This document shows positions 1 to 9,288 of a stretch of 24,712 bases of DNA, piece after piece. The notes beneath the pieces were generated by a model. It made no database searches. It worked only from the letters and a program-made list of their open reading frames with translations, and had not been told where the DNA came from. Location: contig JBNKBE010000040.1 of NCBI GenBank assembly GCA_050287085.1, positions 1 to 24,712 of the forward strand, read 5' to 3'. This stretch comes from Polyangiaceae bacterium. Its GTDB lineage: Bacteria > Myxococcota_A > Polyangia > Polyangiales > Polyangiaceae. Position 1 is the first letter of the stretch, and each line of letters starts with the position of its first letter. The position numbers and the translations under genes are program-made.

Positions 1-1208
1 TCGCTTTGAGTGGCGGTGCATTCGACGCAGCGGGCGCTTTCGAGCTGACAGACGCGGGCGCCCGCTTCCGTACAGTGGGCGTTGCTAGTGCAGGGCACAC
101 ATTGGTGGGTGTCAGGATCACATTGCGCGCGCTCGGCGGAGGGGCAGTCGCTGTGGGTCAGGCATTGCTGGCACTCGCCCGTTGCGGAGTTGCACAGGGG
201 CGCTTCGCTGCCCCCGGGCAAGTTGGCGCAGTCACCGTGGGAGCCGCAGGGGGAGCAGGCTTGGTCGACGCAGAGCGGCCGCGTGGGGTCGCTGCAGTTT
301 GGGTTGGCTAAACACTCGACGCAGGTGCGGGCTTCCGCGGCGGCTCCGACGCAGAAGGGCGCTGCGGCAGCGCAGCCGGGATCGACAACGCCCGGGGCGA
401 GGGGTGAGCCTTCCGCAGTGGCCGTGGCGGCTCCGGCGGCACACGTGACGCAAGCGAAGTCCTCGCATAGGCCGTTGCCGCAGTCCTTATCGGTCAGACA
501 TTCGACGCAACGCCCCTCGTCGGTCGCGTCCGCGCCGACGCTGGCGTCGCTATCCGATGATGTACCGGTTGTGGTGCCGCCGTCCGTTATGTCAGCGCCG
601 GCGTCCGGAGAGGGTAACGTCTGGAGCCGCTCGGCGTTGAGACAATAAGGGGTGTTGCCCCCACAACCGACGTCGGGCTCCCCCTCAAACCAAACGGCGC
701 AATGCAGGGCACAGCCGGCGGTGCCCGGAGTGCATGGCGGGGCGCCCGCGTCAAGGCCGCCGGCGCCCGCGGCGCAAGCTTCACCCGGGTCGGTGCAGGC
801 GCCGCCAGCGTCCGGGGTCGGACCCGCGCCCGCGTTCTGTTCGCCGCCCGGGGAGCCTGCGGCGCCTCCGGTGCCAGCGTCGCCTTGGGAGCCTGCGTCG
901 CCTCCCGTGCCGTCGTCGGGGGCGCTTTGACCGCCGGTATTGTCCGAACCTGCGCCGGCGCTGCTTTCACTGCCGCTACCCCCCGAGCCGTCGCCGAGGC
1001 TTGCGTCCCGGCTGGCTGCGTCGCTGACCCCGCTGTCGCTTGCCGAAACACAAGCGCCGCCGGCGCATACTCCCTTATCGTCGAAGAGGGTGCCGCAAGC
1101 AAACGCACCGGTGTTCACCAAGCACAGATAGAACAACACGCGGACGAAGCGTGTGGAGCGTGGGGCGTGGGGCGGAGCGGAAAGCGAGTTTCTTACGTTG
1201 CGTGCCAT
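1..1208 (-). CDS. Cys-rich secreted lipoprotein, 3'-truncated by the window edge (not in the ORF track because no stop lies in the window)
   Basis: Manual translation from ATG at 1208 gives MARNVRNSLS...VLFYLCLVNTGAFAC (lipobox-like), a G/D/A-rich linker with repeated DAG, then repeated Cys modules (RCVECLTDKDC, TCVECLANPNC, ECQQCLTHSDC, QCVPCTSNAHC, RCVECT). The frame stays open to position 1. Confidence 0.85.
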   Translation of the reverse strand, partial: MARNVRNSLSAPPHAPRSTRFVRVLFYLCLVNTGAFACGTLFDDKGVCAGGACVSASDSGVSDAASRDASLGDGSGGSGSESSAGAGSDNTGGQSAPDDGTGGDAGSQGDAGTGGAAGSPGGEQNAGAGPTPDAGGACTDPGEACAAGAGGLDAGAPPCTPGTAGCALHCAVWFEGEPDVGCGGNTPYCLNAERLQTLPSPDAGADITDGGTTTGTSSDSDASVGADATDEGRCVECLTDKDCGNGLCEDFACVTCAAGAATATAEGSPLAPGVVDPGCAAAAPFCVGAAAEARTCVECLANPNCSDPTRPLCVDQACSPCGSHGDCANLPGGSEAPLCNSATGECQQCLTHSDCPSAERAQCDPDTHQCVPCTSNAHCTEAGARVCQLESARCVECTATQS

Positions 1209-1431
1209 GGTGGGGGTTAGGTGAGTGCTTTGGCAGGAGGCTCGGGGTGGAGCGGGGGTGGCTTGCAGGGGGGCAGAGCGATACTAGCGGGCGCCGCAGG
1301 CATAACGAAGCGCCCGTCGCGCCAAAACGTGGGTGCAGCGCCCCTCGCTACACTTGCGTCATAGCGTGTCTTGCCGCCGCACGCACGTGTCGATCGCGCA
1401 GAGCTGAGGCGTCTCCCGCCCTGCGCCCCTG

Positions 1432-1470
1432 CCGGCATTGCGCCCCGGCACTGCGCCCCGGCACTGCGCC
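1432..1470. repeat. 13-bp tandem repeat x3 (CCGGCAYTGCGCC)
   Basis: Copies at 1432, 1445 and 1458, directly downstream of the PEGA gene stop. Confidence 0.85.
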
Positions 1471-1476
1471 GAGCTA

Positions 1477-2994
1477 TTAGTCGAAGACAAGCGTCAGGGC
1501 GAGGCGCGGGCCCCCGTCGCTCAGCGTGAGGTCCCCTGAGAGCAGGCCCTCGCGCGACCCGTTGGGGCCGCGAGCCCCCGCGCTGCCAGAGCTCTCGTTC
1601 GGAGCTGGTGACGTGGGCTTCAGTGCGTTGGGCCACAGTTGCGCGACGGCTACGCCGAGCAGATGGGACGTGAGCCCACCCGCCAAATAGCCCAAAGCTT
1701 CAGCACGGAGCGCCTGGACCTCGCCGCGTTTCACGTGCCAGTCCAGGCAGCTGGGGGTGATCTGTTGATTCGCGCATAGCGCCGTGGCCTCCGGCAGGTT
1801 GTGCTGCGCTGAGACGAGCTTTGAAAAACGCTCCGCGGATAGGACAAGCCCGGCGAGGGCTGCCCCCTGCAAACTCCAAGTCACAACGCGTTTGGGGAGC
1901 GAAGGCGGGTCGGGCTGATAGCCGTCAGCGAGGTAGGCCATCAGCCCATGAGCGTCGCTTTCCGCGGGCTCCGCCCAGGTGGCAAATACCAGGCTTGTGC
2001 CCAGGGCCAAGGCTCCGGTGCCCAGCGCAAGCCCCGTGCTCCAGCGTTCGATGCTGTCGCGCGCTTGGATCTTCGCCTCTGGGTAGGCACAACCCTCTTG
2101 CGCGCAGCGCTCAACGGCTTGGCGAGAGCCCAGGGTGTTGAGAGTGATCACCGTGGAGCCGGCGGCAAGCGTTGCCAACGTGCCGAGCAGCAGCGCGCGT
2201 TGCGCGGAGGGCGCTCGGGTTTCGACATCGGGCCTTGGTGCAGGCTCACCGGAGCGCAGCTCGAAGGAGAGTCGCCGGGTTTGACCGGGGAGCAGCTCGA
2301 CGGGCATTTCAAGCGGCGCGTAGCCCTTGCTCTCCACGCTCAGCCGGTGCGCGCCCGGCGCAACGAAATAGGGTGGGGACAAAGCCACGTCATCGACCCG
2401 TACTTGCGCCGCGGCGGGGGACGTCGAGAGCTCGAGCTCTCCGATCTGCACGCGCGCCTTGGCGAGCCCGGCGGCGATGACTGGACCTTGCGCTCGAACG
2501 CTGCTCGGGGGCAGATGCGTGTTGGCGTAGCTGTAGTAACGCGCCGCCAAGACGAAGTCGTCCGCCTCGAGATACAGACGGCCCAACGCCATCGCGACGT
2601 CGAAGGTGGGGCCACGCTGCCAGAGCTCCGTGAGCAGCTGCTCCGCTTCTGCCTTGCGCCCGGCGTCGAGCGCTTCGAGAGCTTGGGTGTATTGGTCCGC
2701 GCTGGCGCGCTTGGTATCACCCTCAGCGTTGGCCTCGCCGGGGGAGTTCGGAACGTCGGCGCTGGTTTCGACGCTGACGGGCTTTGCATAGCCCGGAGAG
2801 AGCGCGCTGAGCAGCAGAGCACAAGCCCAGCTTGTGGCGAGCAGCCTGCCGGCGCCTCGTGGCCCGCTCGTCGCGGGTGGCTTGCCAGCCCACCATAGCC
2901 TGCCAACCCGTCGCGGCTCATCAACCGGTTGCGCTTCGCTGCCAGGGAGTCTTGTGGGCGCCGTGGGGGGAGACTTGCGAGCGATCATCGTCAC
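1477..2994 (-). CDS. TPR-like plus PEGA-domain exported protein (myxobacterial type)
   Basis: Signal-like segment ALLLSALSPGYA; helical TPR-like region; PEGA signature GELELSTSPAAAQVRVDD...PGAHRLSVESKGY; hydrophobic hairpins; C-terminal beta-strand ending LALTLVFD. Start codon uncertain. Confidence 0.75.
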   Translation of the reverse strand: MTMIARKSPPTAPTRLPGSEAQPVDEPRRVGRLWWAGKPPATSGPRGAGRLLATSWACALLLSALSPGYAKPVSVETSADVPNSPGEANAEGDTKRASADQYTQALEALDAGRKAEAEQLLTELWQRGPTFDVAMALGRLYLEADDFVLAARYYSYANTHLPPSSVRAQGPVIAAGLAKARVQIGELELSTSPAAAQVRVDDVALSPPYFVAPGAHRLSVESKGYAPLEMPVELLPGQTRRLSFELRSGEPAPRPDVETRAPSAQRALLLGTLATLAAGSTVITLNTLGSRQAVERCAQEGCAYPEAKIQARDSIERWSTGLALGTGALALGTSLVFATWAEPAESDAHGLMAYLADGYQPDPPSLPKRVVTWSLQGAALAGLVLSAERFSKLVSAQHNLPEATALCANQQITPSCLDWHVKRGEVQALRAEALGYLAGGLTSHLLGVAVAQLWPNALKPTSPAPNESSGSAGARGPNGSREGLLSGDLTLSDGGPRLALTLVFD

Positions 2995-3278
2995 CGTCTC
3001 GGCGTATAGCGCTCACGTGGCCGCGCGTCACGCAGAGTCAACAGCCAGAGTGCACGCTCGGATCGCGGGCCACGCGGCGGAGCCCCTCGTCCGGGCCTGA
3101 CGTCAACCCAGCGCTGGCGTTGTGAGCTTTTGTGCCAACCTCGTCGCGACCGGCCTCGCGTTCGAGCCGAGTCTCATTGGTGTTGCAACGCTTTGGCCCT
3201 CGGCTCTGCTCTAGAGCGAAACTCGCGGGCGGGTTTGGTGAAACGCCACGGCGCCTGTGTCGTGGTAGAGCGGGGGGT

Positions 3279-4364
3279 GTGACTACCGAGCTTCTCGCCT
3301 TTGTGGCGCCCCGTTCGCCAACGGAAAAGTGGGTGTGGCTCCTGACGCTCGTCGCCTGCTGCGCGCTCCTCAGCTACGGGTTGGTGTGGGCGTTGCAAGC
3401 TATTGGTCGTCGCGGCAAGTGGTTGCCGTTGCGATTTGCCCTCTTGCGTCGCTTGGCGCCGCCGGTGTGTCTCTTGGTCAGCTCGGCGGCGGCGGCGCTA
3501 CTGGTCAAGGCTTTGGGCTTGGGGGACCGCTCGCCGGTTGGAGTCAACCTGAGCGCGATCTTTGCCAGCGCTTGGACGGCCATGACGCTGATCAATGGCG
3601 CTCGTCATTGGCTCAACGAACATCTTGACATCCACCAGTCGGACAACTTGCGAGCGCGCAGCATCCGCACCCAGCTCGCTTTCATCGAAAAGGTGCTCGA
3701 CTTGGCTGTTTTGCTGTCGGCGGCAGCGGCCATGCTCTACCAATTCTCCTGGGGGCGCACGCTGGGGACCAGCCTGCTGGCTTCCGCGGGCGTGGCATCG
3801 GTGATCGTGGGGCTGGCAGCGCAGCGCACGCTGGCCAATCTGATCGCTGGCTTTCAGATTGCATTCACTCAGCCCGTTCGCATCGGTGACGCTGTGGTGA
3901 TCGAAAACGAATGGGGGTGGGTTGAAGAAATCACCCTGACCTACGTGGTAGTGCGTATCTGGGATCTGCGCCGGCTCGTGCTCCCCATCACCTATCTGCT
4001 CGAGAAGCCCTTTCAGAATTGGACGAGAACTTCGGGACAGATTTTGGGCAGCGTGATGCTCACCGTTTCCCATCGGGCTGATTTCGAACGGATCGAGCGC
4101 CGCTTCAACGAGTTGCTCGATCAGAGTGAGCGCTGGGATCGCGATGCGCGGGGGCTACAAGTTGTGGAATGGAATGAACGTTCGGTTGTGCTCCGTGGAC
4201 TGATGACGGCCAAAGATTCCCCCACGTGTTGGGATTTGCGCTGCGAGATCCGGCGTGGACTGCTGGAATTCATCGCGAAACAGCATCCGGAGGCTTTGCC
4301 TGTGGTGCGGCTCGAGGGGAGCGCAGCTGCGGGCGGGGCCGGGCTTCTGTCCGGGGTGGATTAG
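3279..4364 (+). CDS. Small-conductance mechanosensitive channel (MscS family)
   Basis: N-terminal TM helices followed by LLASAGVASVIVGLAAQRTLANLIAG...QPVRIGDAV...GWVEEITLTYVVVRIWD...FQNWT. GTG at 3279 after a G-rich RBS is preferred over the ORF-track start at 3132. Confidence 0.93.
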   Translation: MTTELLAFVAPRSPTEKWVWLLTLVACCALLSYGLVWALQAIGRRGKWLPLRFALLRRLAPPVCLLVSSAAAALLVKALGLGDRSPVGVNLSAIFASAWTAMTLINGARHWLNEHLDIHQSDNLRARSIRTQLAFIEKVLDLAVLLSAAAAMLYQFSWGRTLGTSLLASAGVASVIVGLAAQRTLANLIAGFQIAFTQPVRIGDAVVIENEWGWVEEITLTYVVVRIWDLRRLVLPITYLLEKPFQNWTRTSGQILGSVMLTVSHRADFERIERRFNELLDQSERWDRDARGLQVVEWNERSVVLRGLMTAKDSPTCWDLRCEIRRGLLEFIAKQHPEALPVVRLEGSAAAGGAGLLSGVD

Positions 4365-4401
4365 TACGAAGGCTCTGCGGAGAGGCTAGGCTTGCTGGGC
4401 T

Positions 4402-4438
4402 GGTGGTGTATTGCTGAGCCGGTGGTGTATTGCTGAGC
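4402..4438. repeat. Perfect 18-bp direct repeat x2 (GGTGGTGTATTGCTGAGC)
   Basis: Copies at 4402-4419 and 4421-4438 in the intergenic region between mscS and the dehydrogenase gene. Confidence 0.85.
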
Positions 4439-4594
4439 TGCAGCCGCATCGTAGGGCTGCCGTTGTATCGCAGGGCGTGCTGGGCTAGGCTGCCTTCATC
4501 TTGAAGTCAACTGCCCGCGTTGTCTCCAACGCGGTATCGTTCGGGCCGCTGCGCGGAGTTTGAGACCACAAGGCGAAACGAGGAGAGACGTAAT

Positions 4595-6127
4595 ATGTGC
4601 TTGATGCGATCAGGGCGCGCTGCGCCGGTTCTGGGGTCCCACGGCTCTTGGGTATTTCTGTTGCTTGCGGCTGGTTTGGGCTACGGCTGCGACGCGGACG
4701 ACGCATCCCTACAAGATGATGCCGGTGCTCCCAACATGGGCCACCAGCCGTCGGGTGATGACGACATGCCAGGCGATGACAAGCCCGGTGATGACGATAA
4801 GCCGGGCGACGACATGCCGGGTGATGACGATAAGCCGAGCGACGACAAGCCGAGCGACGATGACGCTGCTGCGGACGATGACGGACCGAGAGACGCCGCG
4901 GGCGATGATATGCCGAGCGAGGATGCCGGCGCTGACGACGAGCCGCAGGCATCTTACCGCGGCTGCGACTTCCCCGCGGGCAAGGCGGTAGCCAACGCTC
5001 AGGTCCCTGACGGCTTCTGCGCTTGGGAGTGGGCTGGGGGGCTAGCGGAGCCCCGCGGGATCATCACGGACGATGCCGGGGACGTGCTTGCGATAACCCG
5101 TGACAATCAGTCGATCGTCCTGCTCTTTGACGACGACGACGACGGTGTTGCCAGCCCTGAGGAGCGCGTGGTGTTGGCTCGTCAGAGCGGTTTGAATCAC
5201 GGCATCGCTTTGAACGACGGCTACCTCTACGCGTCGTCGGCGTCGACCGTTTATCGCTGGGCTTATGCCGGAGATCGCAAGCCGCTGGGGGACGCGGAAA
5301 CCGTCATTTCAGGCATTCCCACGGGCGGGCATACGACGCGCACGCTCTTATTTGACGAGGACTACTTGTACGTGAGCGTGGGCTCCGGCAGCAATGTCGA
5401 CGGGGATTCATCCCGCTCTCGGATCTACCGCTTTCCGATCGCCGATCTCGGGGGCGCCGCCATCGCGCTGACCGCGGGGGAGGTGTTTGCGGACGGGTTG
5501 CGCAACGAAGTGGGGCTTGCCCGCGACGGGCAGGGACGGATCTGGGGCGTCGAAAATGGCGTGGACAAGCTCAACCGCGACGACCTGGGGGGGGACATTC
5601 ACGAGGACAACCCCGCAGAAGAGCTCAATTTCTTTGCCGAGCCCGGCAAGTTCTACGGCTATCCCTATTGTTGGTCGGAGTTCAATCTGGCGGCAGGGGA
5701 CGGTGCCGGCACGCAATGGGCCCATGAGCTCTTCATCGACGATGGCACCCACAGCGACGCGTGGTGCAAGGACACCAACAACGTGGTGCCCCCGGCGCTT
5801 GCGTTTCAAGGGCATTCGGCGCCCCTGGGGCTCCTGTTCTACCCCGGCGGCGCGTTCCCCAAGGAATACGTGGACGATGTGATCTTGACCCAACACGGCT
5901 CGTGGAATCGCGAGGTGCCAACGGGGTATAAGGTCAGTCGCGTGTTCATCGGTAGCGATGGCTTGCCCACAGGGGAGATGGAGCCCCTGCTGGAGTACGG
6001 GGGAGCGGGGGATTTCGCCGCCGATTGGCCTCATCGTCCGGTTGACCTGGCCGTGCTGCAGAACGGCGTATTGCTGGTGACCAGCGACGCCTCTGGATCG
6101 ATCTTGGCGTTGAGTTACCAGCAGTGA
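4595..6127 (+). CDS. Glucose/sorbosone (PQQ-dependent type) dehydrogenase-family lipoprotein with Asp-rich linker
   Basis: GAGGAG RBS before ATG 4595; lipobox-like LGYGC; PGDDDK repeats; family motifs GGHTTRTL, YVSVGSGSN, FADGLRNEVG, DNPAEELN, YGYPYC, HSAPLGL, HGSWNR, RPVDL, VTSD. Confidence 0.88.
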   Translation: MCLMRSGRAAPVLGSHGSWVFLLLAAGLGYGCDADDASLQDDAGAPNMGHQPSGDDDMPGDDKPGDDDKPGDDMPGDDDKPSDDKPSDDDAAADDDGPRDAAGDDMPSEDAGADDEPQASYRGCDFPAGKAVANAQVPDGFCAWEWAGGLAEPRGIITDDAGDVLAITRDNQSIVLLFDDDDDGVASPEERVVLARQSGLNHGIALNDGYLYASSASTVYRWAYAGDRKPLGDAETVISGIPTGGHTTRTLLFDEDYLYVSVGSGSNVDGDSSRSRIYRFPIADLGGAAIALTAGEVFADGLRNEVGLARDGQGRIWGVENGVDKLNRDDLGGDIHEDNPAEELNFFAEPGKFYGYPYCWSEFNLAAGDGAGTQWAHELFIDDGTHSDAWCKDTNNVVPPALAFQGHSAPLGLLFYPGGAFPKEYVDDVILTQHGSWNREVPTGYKVSRVFIGSDGLPTGEMEPLLEYGGAGDFAADWPHRPVDLAVLQNGVLLVTSDASGSILALSYQQ

Positions 6128-7476
6128 GCGCACCGGTGTACGTCTCCCGAGGCCCACGAGCAGCCGCAACCCCTCGCAGTGGGGGGTTGTCGCGCTTTGC
6201 GCTGGCAGGCGTCGCAGACGCGTCGCGCGGGGGCGAGCGAGTGGTCCACAAGGGGGTGTTAAGCCTCATCTTGCTGTGGCCCCTCGCCTGCACATCGCCG
6301 TCGTCGTCCTCCGCGGGAGCCGACGCTTCGGGCGGCTCGGGGCCGAGCGGACGGGACGCGGGCGCTTCGGGTTCAGGCGCCGGCAGGAACACCCAGTCGG
6401 AGGCAGGAGCCGTTCGTGACGCGGCGCTCCCGCACGCCGGGGCCACTCCGGACGGCGCTGCCGCGGACGGGGCCGCTCGAGACGGGGCTGCTCCAGACGG
6501 CGCCGCTCCGGACGGGGCTGCCGCGTGTGCCGAGGACGACGCTTGCGAGCCTCGTTGTAGCGAGGAGGTCGTGTTGCCGCTACTGAGCGAGCCGCCAGCG
6601 ACGCTCGTAGAGACGGGCATGCCGCTGGACGCCGACGCGCCCTACCTGCAGCTTTTTGAACCCGTTTACCCGCTGTGGTCCGATGGCTCGGACAAGCGAC
6701 GTTGGATCTACCTGCCGCCCTGCACGCAGATCGACACCACCGCGATGGACGACTGGAAGTTTCCTGCGGGAACCCGGGTTTGGAAAGAGTTTTCTCGCGA
6801 CGGCAAGCGCATCGAAACGCGCCTCATCCACAAGAAGGGACCGGGCGTTGGGGATTGGCTCTACGCGGCCTATATTTGGAATGAGGCTGGCACGGAAGCC
6901 ACGCTCGTCGGCGACAACGGTCTGGAAAATGTGCACGACTCGAGCCACGACATTCCGAGTTTGAAGCAATGTGGGGACTGCCACAGTGTGCTCAGTCAGC
7001 GTGTTCTGGGATTCAGTGCTGTGCAGCTCAGTCACGGGGCGGCCCAGCACGAGACCGAGGGTGCTACCATGCGCTCGCTCAGCGAGTCCGGGCTGTTGAC
7101 CTCGCCCGCGCCGGACGGGTTTGCCGTTCCTGGTGACGCGCTCACTCAGCGCGCCTTGGGTTACCTCCACTCCAACTGTGGCAACTGCCACAATAGTCGA
7201 CAAAGCGGCGCCTTGGATATGCGTCTACGCTTGCGTGTGGGTGAGCTCGAGCCGGAAGACACGGATACCTACACGACAACCCTGGGTCTCGGAACGAGTG
7301 AGTTCGAATGCGAGGATTGTTTGCGCGTGGCGCCCGGGGCCCCGGAGAGAAGCGCCTTGTTGCTGCGCATGCAGACGCGTGAGGAAGACGTCGGCATGCC
7401 GCCCCTCGGTACGGAAGAGCTGCACGACGAGGGGATAGCCGCCGTGCGCGACTGGATCCTACAGCTTGAACCCTAA
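6124..7476 (+). CDS. Diheme c-type cytochrome lipoprotein (SO2930-like)
   Basis: GTGA overlap with the upstream stop; lipobox-like LWPLAC; PLWSDGSDKRRWIYLP, FPAGTRVWKEF, IETRL; two CxxCH motifs (CGDCH, CGNCH); C-terminal MPPLG...VRDWI. True start may be later (about 6241). Confidence 0.82.
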   Translation: MSAPVYVSRGPRAAATPRSGGLSRFALAGVADASRGGERVVHKGVLSLILLWPLACTSPSSSSAGADASGGSGPSGRDAGASGSGAGRNTQSEAGAVRDAALPHAGATPDGAAADGAARDGAAPDGAAPDGAAACAEDDACEPRCSEEVVLPLLSEPPATLVETGMPLDADAPYLQLFEPVYPLWSDGSDKRRWIYLPPCTQIDTTAMDDWKFPAGTRVWKEFSRDGKRIETRLIHKKGPGVGDWLYAAYIWNEAGTEATLVGDNGLENVHDSSHDIPSLKQCGDCHSVLSQRVLGFSAVQLSHGAAQHETEGATMRSLSESGLLTSPAPDGFAVPGDALTQRALGYLHSNCGNCHNSRQSGALDMRLRLRVGELEPEDTDTYTTTLGLGTSEFECEDCLRVAPGAPERSALLLRMQTREEDVGMPPLGTEELHDEGIAAVRDWILQLEP

Positions 7477-7486
7477 GGGCCCGCGA

Positions 7487-8743
7487 ATGCAAGCGGACAT
7501 GCGTTCTACGCGCCGCATGATGCGGCGTGGGTTTCCTCAGCGCGGAGCTGCCAGTTTCAGATCCGTTCTCCGCGGGTTGGCTCTGGTTGCCAGCGTATTG
7601 TGCTTCAGCGGCTGCGCGGCGGTTGGCGGCTCTTCGGAGGGGCTCCGGCGTACTCGGCTGGAGGCGTCTCCGCAATGGCGTCAAGAGCACTTCGACAACG
7701 TGCTCCCGCGGGTGGATGGCTCAAAGTGGGCGATGGCGTGGGCCTGGGCTACGGCCGCGGATGCCAACTCGACCCCAGATTCCGCGCCGCCGATCCAATC
7801 CCGCGTGCGGGCGGATTTCGAGTCGCCCCCGCCGTCGGGTCTTCGCATCACGTGGCTTGGCCACTCGACGTTGATCGTGGAAATCGATGGGCAGCGCCTG
7901 TTGGTGGATCCCGTCTGGGGAGAGCGTTGCTCCCCTTTTACATGGATTGGCCCTTCGCGATTTCATCGCCCGCCGCTGCCCTGGGCGGAGCTGCCGGCAA
8001 TAGACGCTGTGGTCATCTCTCATGACCACTACGATCACCTGGACTATCCGACGATACTCGCTCTGCGCTCCGAAGAGGTGCGCTTCATTGTACCTCTGGG
8101 CGTGGGGGCGCACCTCGAGTCGTGGGGGATACCTCAGCAACGCATAGTGGAGCTCGACTGGTGGCAGCAGGTAAACGTGGGCGCCATCACTCTGACGGCG
8201 ACCCCAGCGCGGCACTTTTCCGGCCGATCGCCCCTAATGAGCGACGCCAATCAGACATTGTGGGCCGGCTGGGCCATGCGGGGCCCCAAGCACGCCGTAT
8301 TCTATAGCGGGGACACAGCGCTATTTCCTGAATTTTCTGCAATCGGCGATAGGTTGGGGCCTTTTGACGTGGCGATGCTCGAGAACGGCGCGTACGACCC
8401 GCTGTGGCGAGACGTGCACCTCGGGCCCGAACAAGCGGTTGTTGCTTTCCAGATGTTGCGGGCAAAGCTGCTCTTGCCGGTGCATTGGGGCACGTTCAAC
8501 CTAGCTCTGCACGGTTGGACGGAGCCCATTCAGCGACTGCTCGATGCTGCTCAACGCGTGGGAGTGCCGGTCGTCGTGCCGCGTTTGGGCGAGCAGATAG
8601 ACCCCGAAGCGCCGCCCCAGGTGCACCCGTGGTGGCCGCGCTTGCCCTACCAAAATGCGGCGCAGAAACTCGTAATGTCGAGCGGACTATCTCCGCAGCT
8701 CCAGGCACAAGTGCGGGCAGCACACGGGTTAACGGCGCGGTAG
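7487..8743 (+). CDS. MBL-fold metallo-hydrolase (RomA/NAPE-PLD-like), probable lipoprotein
   Basis: TWLGHST, LLVDPVW, SHDHYDHLD metal motif, TPARHFSGR, YSGDT, VHWGTF; lipobox-like CFSGC. Start uncertain among ATGs at 7487-7520. Confidence 0.9.
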   Translation: MQADMRSTRRMMRRGFPQRGAASFRSVLRGLALVASVLCFSGCAAVGGSSEGLRRTRLEASPQWRQEHFDNVLPRVDGSKWAMAWAWATAADANSTPDSAPPIQSRVRADFESPPPSGLRITWLGHSTLIVEIDGQRLLVDPVWGERCSPFTWIGPSRFHRPPLPWAELPAIDAVVISHDHYDHLDYPTILALRSEEVRFIVPLGVGAHLESWGIPQQRIVELDWWQQVNVGAITLTATPARHFSGRSPLMSDANQTLWAGWAMRGPKHAVFYSGDTALFPEFSAIGDRLGPFDVAMLENGAYDPLWRDVHLGPEQAVVAFQMLRAKLLLPVHWGTFNLALHGWTEPIQRLLDAAQRVGVPVVVPRLGEQIDPEAPPQVHPWWPRLPYQNAAQKLVMSSGLSPQLQAQVRAAHGLTAR

Positions 8744-8817
8744 GGGCGCGCGATGAGCTTGGCCTCTTTGAGCTTTCGCGCGTTTGAGGCCTGAACCAGC
8801 AGCTGCAGCATTGCTGA

Positions 8818-8933
8818 ATTGCTGTGCAGGAGCACTGCTGCGCAGGAGCATTGCTGTGCGACAACGCTGCTGTGCGGCAACGCTGCTGTGCCGCAATCAG
8901 TGCTGTGCAGCAACGCTGCTGACCGCGGCAGTC
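8818..8933. repeat. Degenerate ~16-bp tandem repeat, 6-7 copies (core TGCTGTGC)
   Basis: Units start at 8818, 8834, 8850, 8866, 8882, 8899 and 8915, for example ATTGCTGTGCAGGAGC and GCTGCTGTGCGGCAAC. Confidence 0.8.
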
Positions 8934-9184
8934 AGTGCTTGGCGTCTTCTACCCCCAACGTGCAGTGTGGGCGTGTTGCCGGCGGCTGTCAACCACTCGT
9001 CCAATAGGCCCATCGACCCTGCTGCGTTCGACATTCTGAATCGAGCGTGGTAGTTAGCGCAAGCCATCGTCCCGAAGCGCAGCGGTTCTACGCAGATCAC
9101 GCGGTGTTCGTCGGTCGCTTCAGCGGGGGGGTGGTTGTGCGCAAGCTTCCGAGCGGGCGCTGCGTGCAATCCCTGCACTTGAAT

Positions 9185-9288
9185 CATCCGACGACGCCCT
9201 TTGGTGCCGCCGGATGCCTGCATTGGCTTCGTCGCTGTTGCCGGGCACTGACCGCGCGTCCCTCGGGGAGCGCAGACGAAAGGGCGTG
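9185..9288 (+). promoter_or_regulatory. Candidate structured 5' leader (RBS-sequestering switch) of gsmt
   Basis: ACGCCCTTT (9194-9202) is the exact complement of AAAGGGCGT (9279-9287), which covers the RBS. A competing hairpin CATCCG...CGGATG (9185-9216) would bury that anti-RBS. An additional hairpin lies at 9254-9273. Confidence 0.4.

Noticed and set aside
6..1220. Plus-strand ORFs 6..311, 82..648, 652..930 and 702..1220
   Set aside because: They are antisense shadows of the minus-strand Cys-rich lipoprotein, which has a coherent signal peptide and repeat structure.
1948..2898. 316-aa plus-strand ORF
   Set aside because: Antisense to the PEGA gene with no recognisable motifs; such ORFs are expected in high-GC DNA.
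4401..4415. Sigma54 promoter (TGGTGG...TTGC)
   Set aside because: The GG-to-GC spacing is 9 nt rather than the required 10.
8647..9053. Cys/Gln-rich small ORFs across the 16-bp repeat (possible RiPP precursor or metallothionein)
   Set aside because: The 16-nt period cycles through all three frames, so the Cys richness is a by-product. There is no clear RBS and no modifying enzyme nearby.
9214..9288. N-terminal extension of GSMT from ATG 9214
   Set aside because: Family similarity begins after ATG 9289, which has its own RBS-like sequence; the extension overlaps the structured leader.
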